NCBI GenBank assembly: GCA_024408105.1
Contig: JAKSVG010000001.1
Span: 50,854 to 114,853 of the forward strand
DNA from: Bacilli bacterium
GTDB lineage: Bacteria > Bacillota_I > Bacilli_A > RFN20 > CAG-826
Direction: 5' to 3'
DNA: 64,000 nucleotides
How positions within the stretch are numbered: the first letter of the stretch is position 1; the number at the start of each line of letters is the position of its first letter. Both the position numbers and the translations under genes were made by a program. The notes beneath the pieces were generated by a model. It was not told where the DNA came from, did no database searches, and saw nothing but the letters and a program-made list of their open reading frames with translations. This document shows, piece by piece, positions 47,970 to 57,579 of this stretch.

Positions 47970-49502
47970 TTAAAAATTAATTTCGTAATCTACTAGACCA
48001 TCATAAAAATCTTTCTCATGCGAAACAATAATTACGCATCCGCTAAATCTTTCAATAGCGGAAAATAATGCCTCCTTTGCTTTTTGATCCAAATGATTTG
48101 TAGGTTCGTCCAAGATAAGGAAATTTGACTTTATTAAAGTCATTGCAGCGAATCGTGCCTTAGTAACTTCGCCTCCAGATAATTCCTTCATTTTTCTAAT
48201 AGCTAATTCTTTTCTTAGACCGCAAGAACCAAGAATTGTTCTAATTTGAGTATTAGTTAATTCAGGATGAAGGTTATGAATATAATCAAATGGACTTTGA
48301 TTTAAATCAATTGATTTCTCTTGATCATAGTAATTAATTACTGTGCCTTCTAACCACTTAAAAGATCCATCGATTTTTTCTATATGGCCAAGTATCGTCT
48401 TTAAGAATGTTGTTTTCCCAACGCCATTCTTACCTAATATCGCTATCTTTTGTCCTTTTTTTAACGAAAACGATATTGAAGGAAGCAAAGCTTTGTTGTA
48501 TCCAATTACTAGTTCATCAATGGAAAGAACATCTTTGCCAACATCTTTTGTGAAAGGAAAATTAAAATGAACAATGCCTTCTTCTTTTCCTGGAGCTTCC
48601 ATTCTATCTAAATGTTCTAGTTGTTTTCTATGGGATTTAGCGGCTCTAGATGAAGTTGCTCGAACAATATGTTTTTCGATAAATTCTTCCTCTTTTTTTA
48701 TATATCTTTGTTGAGCGTTATATCGTTTTTCATACATTTCTTTATCAAGAGCGTGTTGCTCTAAAAAGTGGTCGAATGATCCTCTATATCTAACAATTGT
48801 TTTATTTTCTAAAGAAAATACAACATTTGCAATTTTTCTTAGAAATTCTTGGTCATGTGAAACAACTAAAAAAGCCTTTGGATAACTATTTAAATAAGAT
48901 GCTAACCAATCAACTTGATTTGCATCTAAAAAGTTAGTTGGCTCATCCATAATCAGTACATCTTTTTGTTCGAGAAGCATTCTCACTAAATACACTTTTT
49001 CTCTTTGGCCAGATGAGAGTTTTGATAAAGGCAAATTAAGTCTATCTTCTTGGATTCCTAAACCAGCAATTAATTTAGCTATATTTTCTTTCAAAGAATA
49101 GAAACCATCTACAGTAAGTTCATCTTGCAATTTAGATGCTTTTTCTAGCAATACTTCGTAATTTTCAAAATCTAATGCAGACTGCTCATACAATTTTTCC
49201 ATTCGTTTTTCTTTTTTAAATAAAAACGAAAATACTTCGTGCAGATAGTCAATTGTTATTAAATCCTGATTAACTTTAAGATTTTGATCCAAATAAGAAT
49301 ATGTTACATGTGGAGTCCATACAACTTTTCCCTTATCAGGAGATAGTTTCTTTGTAAGCAAATTTAAAATAGTTGTCTTGCCTGAGCCATTTACCCCAAC
49401 AAGAACGCAGTGCTCACCATCATTAATTTTCATATTAATAGAACGGTAAAGTTCTTTGTCAGCATAATTAAATTCAATATCCTGTAGTTCAATTAAAGCC
49501 AT
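47970..49502 (-). CDS. ABC-F family ATPase (two tandem ABC domains, no TMD).
   Basis: Two Walker A motifs (GVNGSGKTT, GKNGVGKTT), two LSGG signatures, two Walker B motifs, and an inter-domain linker of about 60 aa. 510 aa. Confidence 0.8.
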   Translation of the reverse strand: MALIELQDIEFNYADKELYRSINMKINDGEHCVLVGVNGSGKTTILNLLTKKLSPDKGKVVWTPHVTYSYLDQNLKVNQDLITIDYLHEVFSFLFKKEKRMEKLYEQSALDFENYEVLLEKASKLQDELTVDGFYSLKENIAKLIAGLGIQEDRLNLPLSKLSSGQREKVYLVRMLLEQKDVLIMDEPTNFLDANQVDWLASYLNSYPKAFLVVSHDQEFLRKIANVVFSLENKTIVRYRGSFDHFLEQHALDKEMYEKRYNAQQRYIKKEEEFIEKHIVRATSSRAAKSHRKQLEHLDRMEAPGKEEGIVHFNFPFTKDVGKDVLSIDELVIGYNKALLPSISFSLKKGQKIAILGKNGVGKTTFLKTILGHIEKIDGSFKWLEGTVINYYDQEKSIDLNQSPFDYIHNLHPELTNTQIRTILGSCGLRKELAIRKMKELSGGEVTKARFAAMTLIKSNFLILDEPTNHLDQKAKEALFSAIERFSGCVIIVSHEKDFYDGLVDYEINF

Positions 49503-49523
49503 GCAAATATAATATCAAATATT

Positions 49524-49551
49524 CTAAAAATAAAAAGGGATTAATCCCTTC
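49524..49551 (-). terminator. Rho-independent terminator of dnaJ (minus strand).
   Basis: Palindrome aaggga-ttaa-tccctt followed on the minus strand by tttttattttt. Confidence 0.7.
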
Positions 49552-49579
49552 TTATCATAATTGTATATTATTATGCGAA

Positions 49580-50716
49580 TTATTTTTTAAATGCCTTAAC
49601 AAATTTATCAAATGCCGTATCGCCTCTTGATTCATTTTTTCTGAATTCTTCAAGAAGTTTCTTTTGTTCCTTAGATAATTTTGTAGGAGTTTTTATTTGC
49701 ATATGTAGATATTGATCACCTGGTGTTCCTCTGCGTAAATCTTTTACCCCACGGCCTTTTAATCTAAGGGTTTGATTTGGCTGTGTTCCAGCAGGAACAT
49801 CAACTTCTACAGTGCCATAAACAGTTGGAACTTCGATTGTCTTACCTAATGAAGCATCAGCAAAGCTGATTGGAACATCGATATGAATATCATTTCCATC
49901 ACGCTTAAATATTTCATGAGGAATAATGACTATCTCTAAATACAAATCTCCATTTTCTCCTCCGTTAACACCGCGTTCGCCTTTGCCTTTAATAACAATT
50001 TGCTGTCCAGCGTTAATGCCAGCAGGAATATTTACTTCTAAATCGCGTTTAATATGTTTATAACCTTTGCCACCACATTCATCGCATTTAGTTTCAATAA
50101 TTTTTCCCGATCCACCACAATGAGGGCACGGAGCTTGACCTTCCATTACGCCAAACAATGTTCTTTGTTGAGTTCTTACATAACCCCTGCCTCCGCAATG
50201 AGGACATGTTTTTATATCATTAGGAGTTTTTGCACCTGTGCCACCACACTTTGAGCATTTTTCATCATAACTGACAGGAACCAATACCTTTTTGCCTAAA
50301 ACAGCATCCATAAATGGGACTCTAATGCGTTGCAACGCATCATCGCCTCTTCTAGGGCCATAACTTTGTCGTTGTTGACGGCCACCACCGAAGAAAGATG
50401 AAAATATATCTCCTAAATCAACTCCGCCAAATCCTTGCGAAGAAAATCCGCCACCAGCAAAAGGATTGCCGTTTCCACCAGTTGATGCGCCTTGCTCAAA
50501 AGCAGCCATGCCGAATTGATCATACATTTGACGCTTCTTATCATCATAAAGAATGTCATAAGCTTCTTGCACTTCTTTAAATTTTTCAGCAGCATCAGGC
50601 TCGTGATTTAAATCTGGGTGATATTTCTTAGCTAATTTTCGATAAGCACTTTTAATTTCATCCTTTGAAGATGATTTGCTAATGCCAAGCACTTCATAGA
50701 AATCTCTTTTAGCCAT
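49580..50716 (-). CDS. dnaJ: Chaperone DnaJ.
   Basis: J domain with HPD (KKYHPDLN). G/F region. Four CxxCxGxG zinc-finger repeats. Confidence 0.93.
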   Translation of the reverse strand: MAKRDFYEVLGISKSSSKDEIKSAYRKLAKKYHPDLNHEPDAAEKFKEVQEAYDILYDDKKRQMYDQFGMAAFEQGASTGGNGNPFAGGGFSSQGFGGVDLGDIFSSFFGGGRQQRQSYGPRRGDDALQRIRVPFMDAVLGKKVLVPVSYDEKCSKCGGTGAKTPNDIKTCPHCGGRGYVRTQQRTLFGVMEGQAPCPHCGGSGKIIETKCDECGGKGYKHIKRDLEVNIPAGINAGQQIVIKGKGERGVNGGENGDLYLEIVIIPHEIFKRDGNDIHIDVPISFADASLGKTIEVPTVYGTVEVDVPAGTQPNQTLRLKGRGVKDLRRGTPGDQYLHMQIKTPTKLSKEQKKLLEEFRKNESRGDTAFDKFVKAFKK

Positions 50717-50732
50717 ATTAGTTCCTTTCTTA

Positions 50733-50770
50733 CTGAGAAAGCGAAGGGTTTCCCCATTCGCTTTCAGAGT
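50733..50770 (-). other. Stable stem-loop in the dnaK-dnaJ intergenic region (no T-tract).
   Basis: gaaagcgaa-ggg-ttt-cccc-a-ttcgctttc. A 9-12 bp stem lies between the dnaK stop and the dnaJ RBS (AAAGGAA). Confidence 0.5.
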
Positions 50771-50790
50771 ATAGTTTTAACTTTTATAAG

Positions 50791-52608
50791 TTAATTTTTC
50801 ATTTTGCTGTCAGCATCAACAACATCATCTGCTGTTTCTTGTCCTTCAGCTTTAGGTGATTCTTGGGCAGATTTGCCTGTTTGGGTTTGCGCCATCATAG
50901 CAGCAGCCTGCTCAAGTTCATTGATTCTATTCTTAAGAGTTTCGATATCATTATTATCTAAAGCAGTCTTAAGTTCATCTCTAAGTTTTTGAGTTTGTTC
51001 TTTTTGAGATGCCTCGATTGAGTCACCTTTTTCTTGCAAAGCTTGATCAATACTATTTATGTATTGTTCGGCTTTGTTTTTGAGTTCAACTTCTTCTTTA
51101 CGTTTTGCGTCTGCTTCAGCATTCGCTTCAGCTTCGTGAACCATGCGGTCAATATCTTCTTTTGATAAACCATTTGAACCAGAAATTGTAATTTCTTGTT
51201 CTTTTTGAGTATCTAAGTCTTTGGCTGTAACCTTAACAATACCATTAACGTCGATATTAAATGTAACCTCAATACGTGGTTCACCACGTCTTGCTGGTTT
51301 AATACCAGTTAATTGGAAGTGACCAAGTAACTTGTTGTCGGCTGCCATTGGGCGTTCACCTTGATAAACCATGATATCAACAGCTGGTTGATTATCTGCT
51401 GCTGTTGAGAATATTTGACTCTTTGTTGTAGGAATTGTTGTATTTCTTTCAATAAGAGGTGTCATCATTCCACCAAGTGTTTCAATACCAAGAGTTAATG
51501 GTGTGACGTCAAGAAGGACGACATCTTTGATGTCACCACTGACAACACCGCCTTGAATTGCAGCACCGATTGAAACTGCTTCGTCAGGATTAACTGATAA
51601 GTTTGGTGTTTTACCTGTAAGTTTCTTTACTAATTCTTGAACTGCAGGCATACGAATTGAACCACCAATGAGAATAACTTGATCTAAATCACTAGCAGAG
51701 AGTTTTGCATCGCTTAATGCTCTCTTAACTGGTTCTTCTGTGCGAGCAAGTAAATGCTTTGTCATATCTTGGAATTTAGCTCTTGATAGAGTTGCTTCGA
51801 AGTTGACTGGACCATTTCCGCTCATTGCAATAAATGGAAGGGAAATTGTTGTTTCAAGTGAACTTGAAAGTTCAATCTTTGCCTTTTCAGCAGCGTCAAT
51901 GAAACGTTGTTGAGCCATTTTATCAGTAATATCAATTCCATGTTGAATCTTAATTTGAGCACGAATCCAATCAGCAACAACCTTATCCCAGTCATCACCA
52001 CCGAGTTTGTTATCACCGGCTGTTGAGACGACTTCGAATGTGCCATCACCAATATCAAGGATAGAGACATCAAATGTACCACCACCAAGATCATAAACAA
52101 GAATCTTTTCAGATTTGTTTGTATCTAAGCCATAGGCTAATGCAGCAGCTGTTGGTTCGTTAATAATACGAACAACATCAAGACCAGCGATTTGACCTGC
52201 ATCTTTTGTTGCTTGTCTTTGAGCGTCATTAAAGTACGCTGGAACTGTAATAACTGCTTTTGCAATCTTTTGTCCTAAATTTTCTTCTGCATATTTTTTC
52301 ATGTATGCGAGAACTTTTGCAGAGATTTCTTGAGGTGTAAAATCTTTATTTAAAGATTTAATAAAGACCTTTTCACTTGATCCCATTTTACGTTTAATTG
52401 ATGAGACAGTGTCTGGGTTTGTGACAGCTTGACGTTTTGCGGCGTTTCCAACGATTTCTTCACCGCCTGCTTTAAATGCGACAACGGATGGTGTAGTCAT
52501 AGTGCCTTCTGGGTTAGGGATGACCTTAACCTTTCCATCAGCTTGTAAATATGAAACAACTGAGTTTGTTGTACCTAAGTCGATACCAAGAATAATTTCT
52601 TTTGCCAT
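50791..52608 (-). CDS. dnaK: Chaperone DnaK (Hsp70).
   Basis: [18 protein letters not shown] and IVLVGG motifs. 605 aa. Confidence 0.95.
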   Translation of the reverse strand: MAKEIILGIDLGTTNSVVSYLQADGKVKVIPNPEGTMTTPSVVAFKAGGEEIVGNAAKRQAVTNPDTVSSIKRKMGSSEKVFIKSLNKDFTPQEISAKVLAYMKKYAEENLGQKIAKAVITVPAYFNDAQRQATKDAGQIAGLDVVRIINEPTAAALAYGLDTNKSEKILVYDLGGGTFDVSILDIGDGTFEVVSTAGDNKLGGDDWDKVVADWIRAQIKIQHGIDITDKMAQQRFIDAAEKAKIELSSSLETTISLPFIAMSGNGPVNFEATLSRAKFQDMTKHLLARTEEPVKRALSDAKLSASDLDQVILIGGSIRMPAVQELVKKLTGKTPNLSVNPDEAVSIGAAIQGGVVSGDIKDVVLLDVTPLTLGIETLGGMMTPLIERNTTIPTTKSQIFSTAADNQPAVDIMVYQGERPMAADNKLLGHFQLTGIKPARRGEPRIEVTFNIDVNGIVKVTAKDLDTQKEQEITISGSNGLSKEDIDRMVHEAEANAEADAKRKEEVELKNKAEQYINSIDQALQEKGDSIEASQKEQTQKLRDELKTALDNNDIETLKNRINELEQAAAMMAQTQTGKSAQESPKAEGQETADDVVDADSKMKN

Positions 52609-52624
52609 GTTTATTTCCTCCTAA

Positions 52625-53197
52625 CTAGGCATCCATTTCTGGACTATTATCAATTTTTTTGTCATCAATTTTTTCTTTAACCGAGACGATGACCATCGCG
52701 GGGCGAACAAGATGTTCGTGCAACATATAACCTTTGGTTATAACTTTTGTAATTTTGTCTGGATTTTTTTCATCGACGACTGTTTCGACCGCTTGCATTA
52801 GGCTTGGATTGAACTTGTCATTAATTTTTGGAGAAATTTCCTTAACTCCTTCATTTTCTAGAACCGTAACAAGATTTCTATAAATATATTCAAACCCTGT
52901 TAAGAAATTTTTCATTTCAATGGATGAAGGTTCGTTTTGAAGAGCCATTGAGAATCCATCTAATATAGGAAGTAAGTCTCCAACAAAACCTTCTAATCGA
53001 TATTTCATCGCGTCTCGATGATCAGCTTCAACTCGTTTTCTTAAGTTTTGCATATCAGCATAGGCACGGTAATATTCGTTTTTCCAATGCTCTAAATCAG
53101 CGCTTAATTTCTCTATTTGTTCTTTGGTTTTGTCCACCTTTTTGGTTTCTTTGTTTATTTTCTCTTTCACGCTTATCTTCCTTTCTTTCATCTTCAT
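52625..53197 (-). CDS. grpE: Nucleotide exchange factor GrpE.
   Basis: Coiled-coil N-terminus. ...RAYADMQNLRKRVE... conserved core. C-terminal beta domain. The first 100 nt overlap the hrcA 3' end in another frame, so the start is uncertain. Confidence 0.82.
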   Translation of the reverse strand: MKMKERKISVKEKINKETKKVDKTKEQIEKLSADLEHWKNEYYRAYADMQNLRKRVEADHRDAMKYRLEGFVGDLLPILDGFSMALQNEPSSIEMKNFLTGFEYIYRNLVTVLENEGVKEISPKINDKFNPSLMQAVETVVDEKNPDKITKVITKGYMLHEHLVRPAMVIVSVKEKIDDKKIDNSPEMDA

Positions 53198-54185
53198 AAT
53201 ATGAATCTAACTGATTAATTAGATATTCAAGTGATGAAACTACTTTGTCGTAGTCCATTCTTTTAGGACCTACAACTGCGATTGACCGCTCTTGCTTACC
53301 TGGCATTTTAACTTTTGCCTGGACGATTGAGACATCTTCATCTCCTAATGCTTCACCGCCAATATGTATCGAGATATTTTCATTATCATTTTCTACTTCT
53401 CTGAATACATCAGGTCTATTAAGAAGTTCCATCAGTTTTTTCATTTTATTCGCGTCATTTGCGAATTCTGGCTGTTCGAACAATTCTTCTTGCCCAAATG
53501 CTGATAGTCTGTCTTTCGCGAATCCGACAAAGGCTTCAAGCATTGCTTTGTAAATCACATCGTGATTTATTACCATATCATTAATTAATGGTCGAATGGC
53601 TTGCATCTTAGGAATGAGTTCTGAGATAGACGTTCCTTTTAATCTGTCATTTAATAGTTTTACGCAATTTTCTACATCATTAAGTTTATTTTTCTCGTCG
53701 ATTACAAATGTCTTATTTTCGACATATCCTTGATCTGTGACGAATACACATGTTGCGCTTGTATCACTAATAGGAACGAGTTGAACCGAGACAAGGTGTT
53801 CATTGTTTGCTCCAGGACCTAAGACAATGCTGGCAAGATTTGTCATTTGCGACAATATTTCGCAAGATTGTTTGATGACATCTTGAATTGACTTAACTTT
53901 TTGATCTAATACTGTCTGCATCTGATATTTAAATTCTTCGTCAATACTTCTGTCACGAAGATTTGCAATGTAGTATCTATATCCTTTGGAAGAAGGAACG
54001 CGTCCGCTTGATATGTGCGTCTTTTCTAGATAACCATCAACTTCCAAGGCATTCATTTCACTACGAATTGTCGCAGATGAATATTCAAGACCATATTCTT
54101 CGATAAGTGTTTTACTGCCAACTGGTTGAGCGCTTTTAATAAAATGTTCAACAATGAGCTTGAGTACTTTATCTCGTCTATTCAT
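53097..54185 (-). CDS. hrcA: Heat-inducible transcription repressor HrcA.
   Basis: N-terminal winged HTH (ILKLIVEHFIKSAQPVGSKTL). Start placed at ATG 54185 (MNRRDKVL), which has an AAGGAGG RBS. Lys/Glu/Arg-rich C-terminal tail. Confidence 0.85.
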   Translation of the reverse strand: MNRRDKVLKLIVEHFIKSAQPVGSKTLIEEYGLEYSSATIRSEMNALEVDGYLEKTHISSGRVPSSKGYRYYIANLRDRSIDEEFKYQMQTVLDQKVKSIQDVIKQSCEILSQMTNLASIVLGPGANNEHLVSVQLVPISDTSATCVFVTDQGYVENKTFVIDEKNKLNDVENCVKLLNDRLKGTSISELIPKMQAIRPLINDMVINHDVIYKAMLEAFVGFAKDRLSAFGQEELFEQPEFANDANKMKKLMELLNRPDVFREVENDNENISIHIGGEALGDEDVSIVQAKVKMPGKQERSIAVVGPKRMDYDKVVSSLEYLINQLDSYYEDERKEDKRERENKQRNQKGGQNQRTNREIKR

Positions 54186-54199
54186 TTTAGCCTCCTTTT

Positions 54200-54226
54200 T
54201 TGGCACTCATATTTTCCGAGTGCTAA
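54200..54226 (-). promoter_or_regulatory. CIRCE operator (HrcA binding site), promoter-proximal copy.
   Basis: TTGGCACTC-N9-GAGTGCTAA, against consensus TTAGCACTC-N9-GAGTGCTAA. In the 5' UTR of hrcA, just downstream of the -10. Confidence 0.85.
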
Positions 54227-54230
54227 TCAT

Positions 54231-54258
54231 ATTATAGATTGAATATTGGCACTGTCAA
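54231..54258 (-). promoter_or_regulatory. Sigma-A promoter of the hrcA-grpE-dnaK-dnaJ operon.
   Basis: Minus strand: TTGACA (rc of 54253-54258), 16-nt spacer, TATAAT (rc of 54231-54236). Confidence 0.75.
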
Positions 54259-54272
54259 GCGGTAAGTGCTAA
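54246..54272 (-). promoter_or_regulatory. Second, imperfect CIRCE copy overlapping the -35.
   Basis: TTGGCACTG-N9-AAGTGCTAA. One mismatch per arm relative to the first copy. Confidence 0.7.
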
Positions 54273-54279
54273 ATTTTTT

Positions 54280-54308
54280 TAAATAAAAGAAAAACCGCAA
54301 AGCGGTTA
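54280..54308 (-). terminator. Rho-independent terminator after the hemW/RDD genes (minus strand).
   Basis: Minus strand: aaccgc-ttt-gcggtt followed by ttttcttttattt. Confidence 0.7.
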
Positions 54309-54334
54309 AGAAACAATTTGATAATTAAAATTTG

Positions 54335-54763
54335 TTAAATAGAACGATTTCTCCAGTCAGCAACGAGTGTTTTTGTAACTCTATCAAATATTGATTTTTC
54401 AGTGTGACTAATCATTACATATAATGTGTTTATAATCGCTAAAACAATGAGTCCATTCATTGCCGAGCGAGAAATGCAGTCTCCAAATGTTAATTTGCTA
54501 ACATCATTATGAACTACTCTAAGACCTATTATTAAATTTCCTAAGGTTCTTCCGTTAGATGTTTTTAGCCATATAGAATACATCAACGTATAAATTAACC
54601 AATCGGCAGCAATAAACATTAACACTACAAAAAATGCTGGTATAGTGACAAAATCTCTAAACAAAAATATCGCAGCAACCAATACTCCAGCAGAAATTAT
54701 TAATGCAAAAACAAAGTCTATTACATAGGCCCAGGTTCTTTTCATATAACTTGCGATATTCAT
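54335..54763 (-). CDS. RDD-family membrane protein.
   Basis: 142 aa with three TM helices and an N-terminal KRTWAYVIDFV RDD-like segment. Overlaps the hemW stop. Confidence 0.55.
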   Translation of the reverse strand: MNIASYMKRTWAYVIDFVFALIISAGVLVAAIFLFRDFVTIPAFFVVLMFIAADWLIYTLMYSIWLKTSNGRTLGNLIIGLRVVHNDVSKLTFGDCISRSAMNGLIVLAIINTLYVMISHTEKSIFDRVTKTLVADWRNRSI

Positions 54764-55848
54764 AATAATTCCAATAAGACACGATCGAGGGTAACTATCC
54801 CTTCATCGCTAAGCATTATTCTATCATTATTTATGATAAGAAGGTTATCATTAATTAATTTTGTGATTTTAGAAGAAAATATTTCTGTGAAATCGTGCCC
54901 AAATCTTTCTTTAAAATCTAATCTAGAAAAACCATCTTCTAATCTTAAGTTGCATAGCAAATAGTCTTCAAGAATTTCTTCTTTGCTAAGTTTTTCACTG
55001 GTTCCAATAAAATCGTGTTTCAAATAATTGGTCAGGTTTTTTGTGTTTGTATATCTAACGCCATTGACATAACCGGATGCGCCTAAACCGGCCCCATAGT
55101 ATTCTTCATCTTTCCAGTATGTAAGATTATGTCGTGAAAATTTTCCGTTCTTTGCAAAATTACTAACTTCATAACGCTTAAACCCATGCTTTCTCAATGC
55201 ATTTACGATATGATCGTAATATAAACGCGAATCGTCCTCGTTTTGTTCTTTGATTCCTTTGTTGTAAAAAGCTGTATTTTTAGAAACGATAAGAGAATAA
55301 ATAGAAACATGGTTTGTGTTTAAATTGATTATATTGTTTAAATCATTTTTTAGGTCATCCAAACTTTGGTGAGGAAAACCGTAAATCAAATCAACATTTA
55401 CTTCAAAATATTTTTGTAATTCTATGACGGCGTTAATAGCGTCTTGATATGTATGATGTCTGCCTATTGCTCTTAAAAGAGCATCATTTGTAGATTCCAC
55501 CCCTACAGAGACTCTTGTGACACCATATTTTTTCATCAAAATGATTTTTTCTCCAGAAAGATTTTCAATGTTCGCTTCGACAGTGAATTCTCCTCCTTGT
55601 TCGAGCAATGGAGAAACTTTTTTTAGTAGACTTTCAAATTCATCTAGCGATAATGCTGTCGGGGTACCACCGCCAATATAAATCGTCTTTACATGATCAA
55701 TATTGAATGAATCAATTTCATAGAAAAGAGCCTTTAGATAGGGCTCGGAAAATTTTTTGTTATAGAATAGTTTTGTAAAATCGCAATATTCACATATATG
55801 TGCGCAGAAGGGCACATGGATGTACAAAGAATTAGTCTTTTTTGGCAT
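54760..55848 (-). CDS. hemW: Radical-SAM heme chaperone HemW (HemN-like, YqeR).
   Basis: YIHVPFCAHICEYCDF radical-SAM motif. HemN C-terminal domain. 362 aa. Sits between lepA and hrcA as in Bacillus. Confidence 0.85.
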   Translation of the reverse strand: MPKKTNSLYIHVPFCAHICEYCDFTKLFYNKKFSEPYLKALFYEIDSFNIDHVKTIYIGGGTPTALSLDEFESLLKKVSPLLEQGGEFTVEANIENLSGEKIILMKKYGVTRVSVGVESTNDALLRAIGRHHTYQDAINAVIELQKYFEVNVDLIYGFPHQSLDDLKNDLNNIINLNTNHVSIYSLIVSKNTAFYNKGIKEQNEDDSRLYYDHIVNALRKHGFKRYEVSNFAKNGKFSRHNLTYWKDEEYYGAGLGASGYVNGVRYTNTKNLTNYLKHDFIGTSEKLSKEEILEDYLLCNLRLEDGFSRLDFKERFGHDFTEIFSSKITKLINDNLLIINNDRIMLSDEGIVTLDRVLLELL

Positions 55849-56098
55849 CGTTTTTAGTTACATCTTTTAATGTGGCTTCTTCCATTTGCTTTTGGATATT
55901 TTCATCCTCGATTGGAACTAAAATACGATCAAGTTCTTGCTTTGCAAGTTCTTCTTCTGAAATATCGTCTTTTTTGATTTGAAGCGATGTAAAATGTTTC
56001 TTAACTAAAATAATGATTAAAATCAATAATCCAAAAAATGCTAAAACAGAGATTAAGATAACACCTGTTAATGCTGGTCCGTCCAATAATAATTTCAT
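55832..56098 (-). CDS. Small single-pass membrane protein (88 aa) with an acidic C-terminal tail.
   Basis: TM helix LTGVILISVLAFFGLLILIIILV, then a K/E/D-rich tail. Overlaps the hemW start by 17 nt. Confidence 0.45.
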   Translation of the reverse strand: MKLLLDGPALTGVILISVLAFFGLLILIIILVKKHFTSLQIKKDDISEEELAKQELDRILVPIEDENIQKQMEEATLKDVTKNDAKKD

Positions 56099-56118
56099 AA
56101 TTTTTTACCGCCCTTATT

Positions 56119-57495
56119 TTACTCTTTAGTGATTGGTGTGTAAACAAACTTATTTTTTACTTGCTCGCGTCTGTAATAGCCAGCACGCGCTAAATTATCC
56201 ATAGATGTGCGCGCTGTTTCATAAACACATTTTTCACATTGTTTAAATTGTTGAATTGTATAATATTTGCCCATTGTGCAATGCCTCACATAAAAGTGAG
56301 CATGGCTTGGTCTTAATGTAGGATCACTTTCCAACAAATCTTCTGCAGCTCTTTTAAGAGCTTTTTCATCTAACTCTTGGAAAACTTTTACATTTACTTT
56401 TGGTTGATTATTAGCTGGCTGAGCAGGTTTTTTGTTATCAACAACAGGTTTTGTTTCATTGTTTATAGATGGCTGAATATATACTTTTTCATCTTCAACT
56501 TCAGGTTCATCGCTATAAAAAGCTTTTTCAGTTGCGTCTCTAGAAACTGTAACAACTCTATCAAGAACCAAAGATAGAATGTCATCAGTCATTTTAGCTG
56601 ATTCAATAACATAATATGTTAAATCATTATTTTTTTGAGCTTCTTTAGAGCAATTCGATAATAATCCTCTAGTATCAATTAGCAGGATCTCCATAGGAAT
56701 TAATGCTGCCGCATGAATTTTATGATTTTTTTGAATTACTGATTTAATTAAAAGAGCAGTCATCTCTTCATTGTAATTCTCAAAGGGCATAATGTAATTC
56801 ATAGCAAAGCTAATGCCAGCAATTTTTGTCAGAATATCAACATTTGAATCATTCAAAAATACAATCAAATTCTCCATCATCGATTCAATAGCAGATGTTG
56901 GTGCGCCATTATATTCTCGATTTATTAGTACTTTTTGACTAGGAGCGCTTATTTCATTTTCTCTATAAAATGAAGTTAATTCGCCACCCTCGAGTATTTC
57001 TAAAAATTTAGCAATTAATGACTCATCAATAATTAAATTATTAGTTTGTTCTAGCATGGTAAGAGCGGAGTAATATCTCGAAATTGGCTCATATAATAAG
57101 TCACAGCTTCTACCAGCGATAATATTATCTAAAGCTATATCATTTACAATGATGTTTTTAACTTTGGCGATATGTCGTAAACTTTGACGCATCATATCTT
57201 TACGGAAAGTTTCTTTTTCAATAGAGCCGTCCTTTAATGAATCAAACTCAGAAAAGACTTGTTCTATTCTAGAATTTATTTTTTCGCATTTGTTCAATAC
57301 ATTGCTTGTCAATGTTACATAATAAGAGTATTTATTAATATCTTTCAAAGAAAGATAAGACATAAAAGTCTTACGATAATTAATAATTTGAACCCAAATT
57401 GAATCAATTAAATTTGTTCCTAATGATTTCGCAACATCACTTCTAGTTGCGTAAACTTCATCCGTGAAACGAATAGCAAGATTAGAATTAGCCAT
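56119..57495 (-). CDS. Fic-family-like protein with a degenerate catalytic motif and a C-terminal winged-helix domain.
   Basis: AGISFAMNYIMPFENYNEEMTALLI aligns to the Fic core A-x-h-H-x-x-h-I-H-P-F-x-[DE]-G-N-G-R-x-x-R-L-L. The His and GNGR residues are replaced. The N-terminus resembles Fic_N (SLGTN in place of IEGTQ). C-terminal wHTH-like YYTIQQFKQCEKCVYETARTSMDNLARAGYY. Confidence 0.45.
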   Translation of the reverse strand: MANSNLAIRFTDEVYATRSDVAKSLGTNLIDSIWVQIINYRKTFMSYLSLKDINKYSYYVTLTSNVLNKCEKINSRIEQVFSEFDSLKDGSIEKETFRKDMMRQSLRHIAKVKNIIVNDIALDNIIAGRSCDLLYEPISRYYSALTMLEQTNNLIIDESLIAKFLEILEGGELTSFYRENEISAPSQKVLINREYNGAPTSAIESMMENLIVFLNDSNVDILTKIAGISFAMNYIMPFENYNEEMTALLIKSVIQKNHKIHAAALIPMEILLIDTRGLLSNCSKEAQKNNDLTYYVIESAKMTDDILSLVLDRVVTVSRDATEKAFYSDEPEVEDEKVYIQPSINNETKPVVDNKKPAQPANNQPKVNVKVFQELDEKALKRAAEDLLESDPTLRPSHAHFYVRHCTMGKYYTIQQFKQCEKCVYETARTSMDNLARAGYYRREQVKNKFVYTPITKE

Positions 57496-57579
57496 AATTA
57501 TTTACCTCTCAACCATTTTACTATAAAGAATTATCTTATACAATAAGAAATATACTAAATTTAAACTAAAAAACAACTA

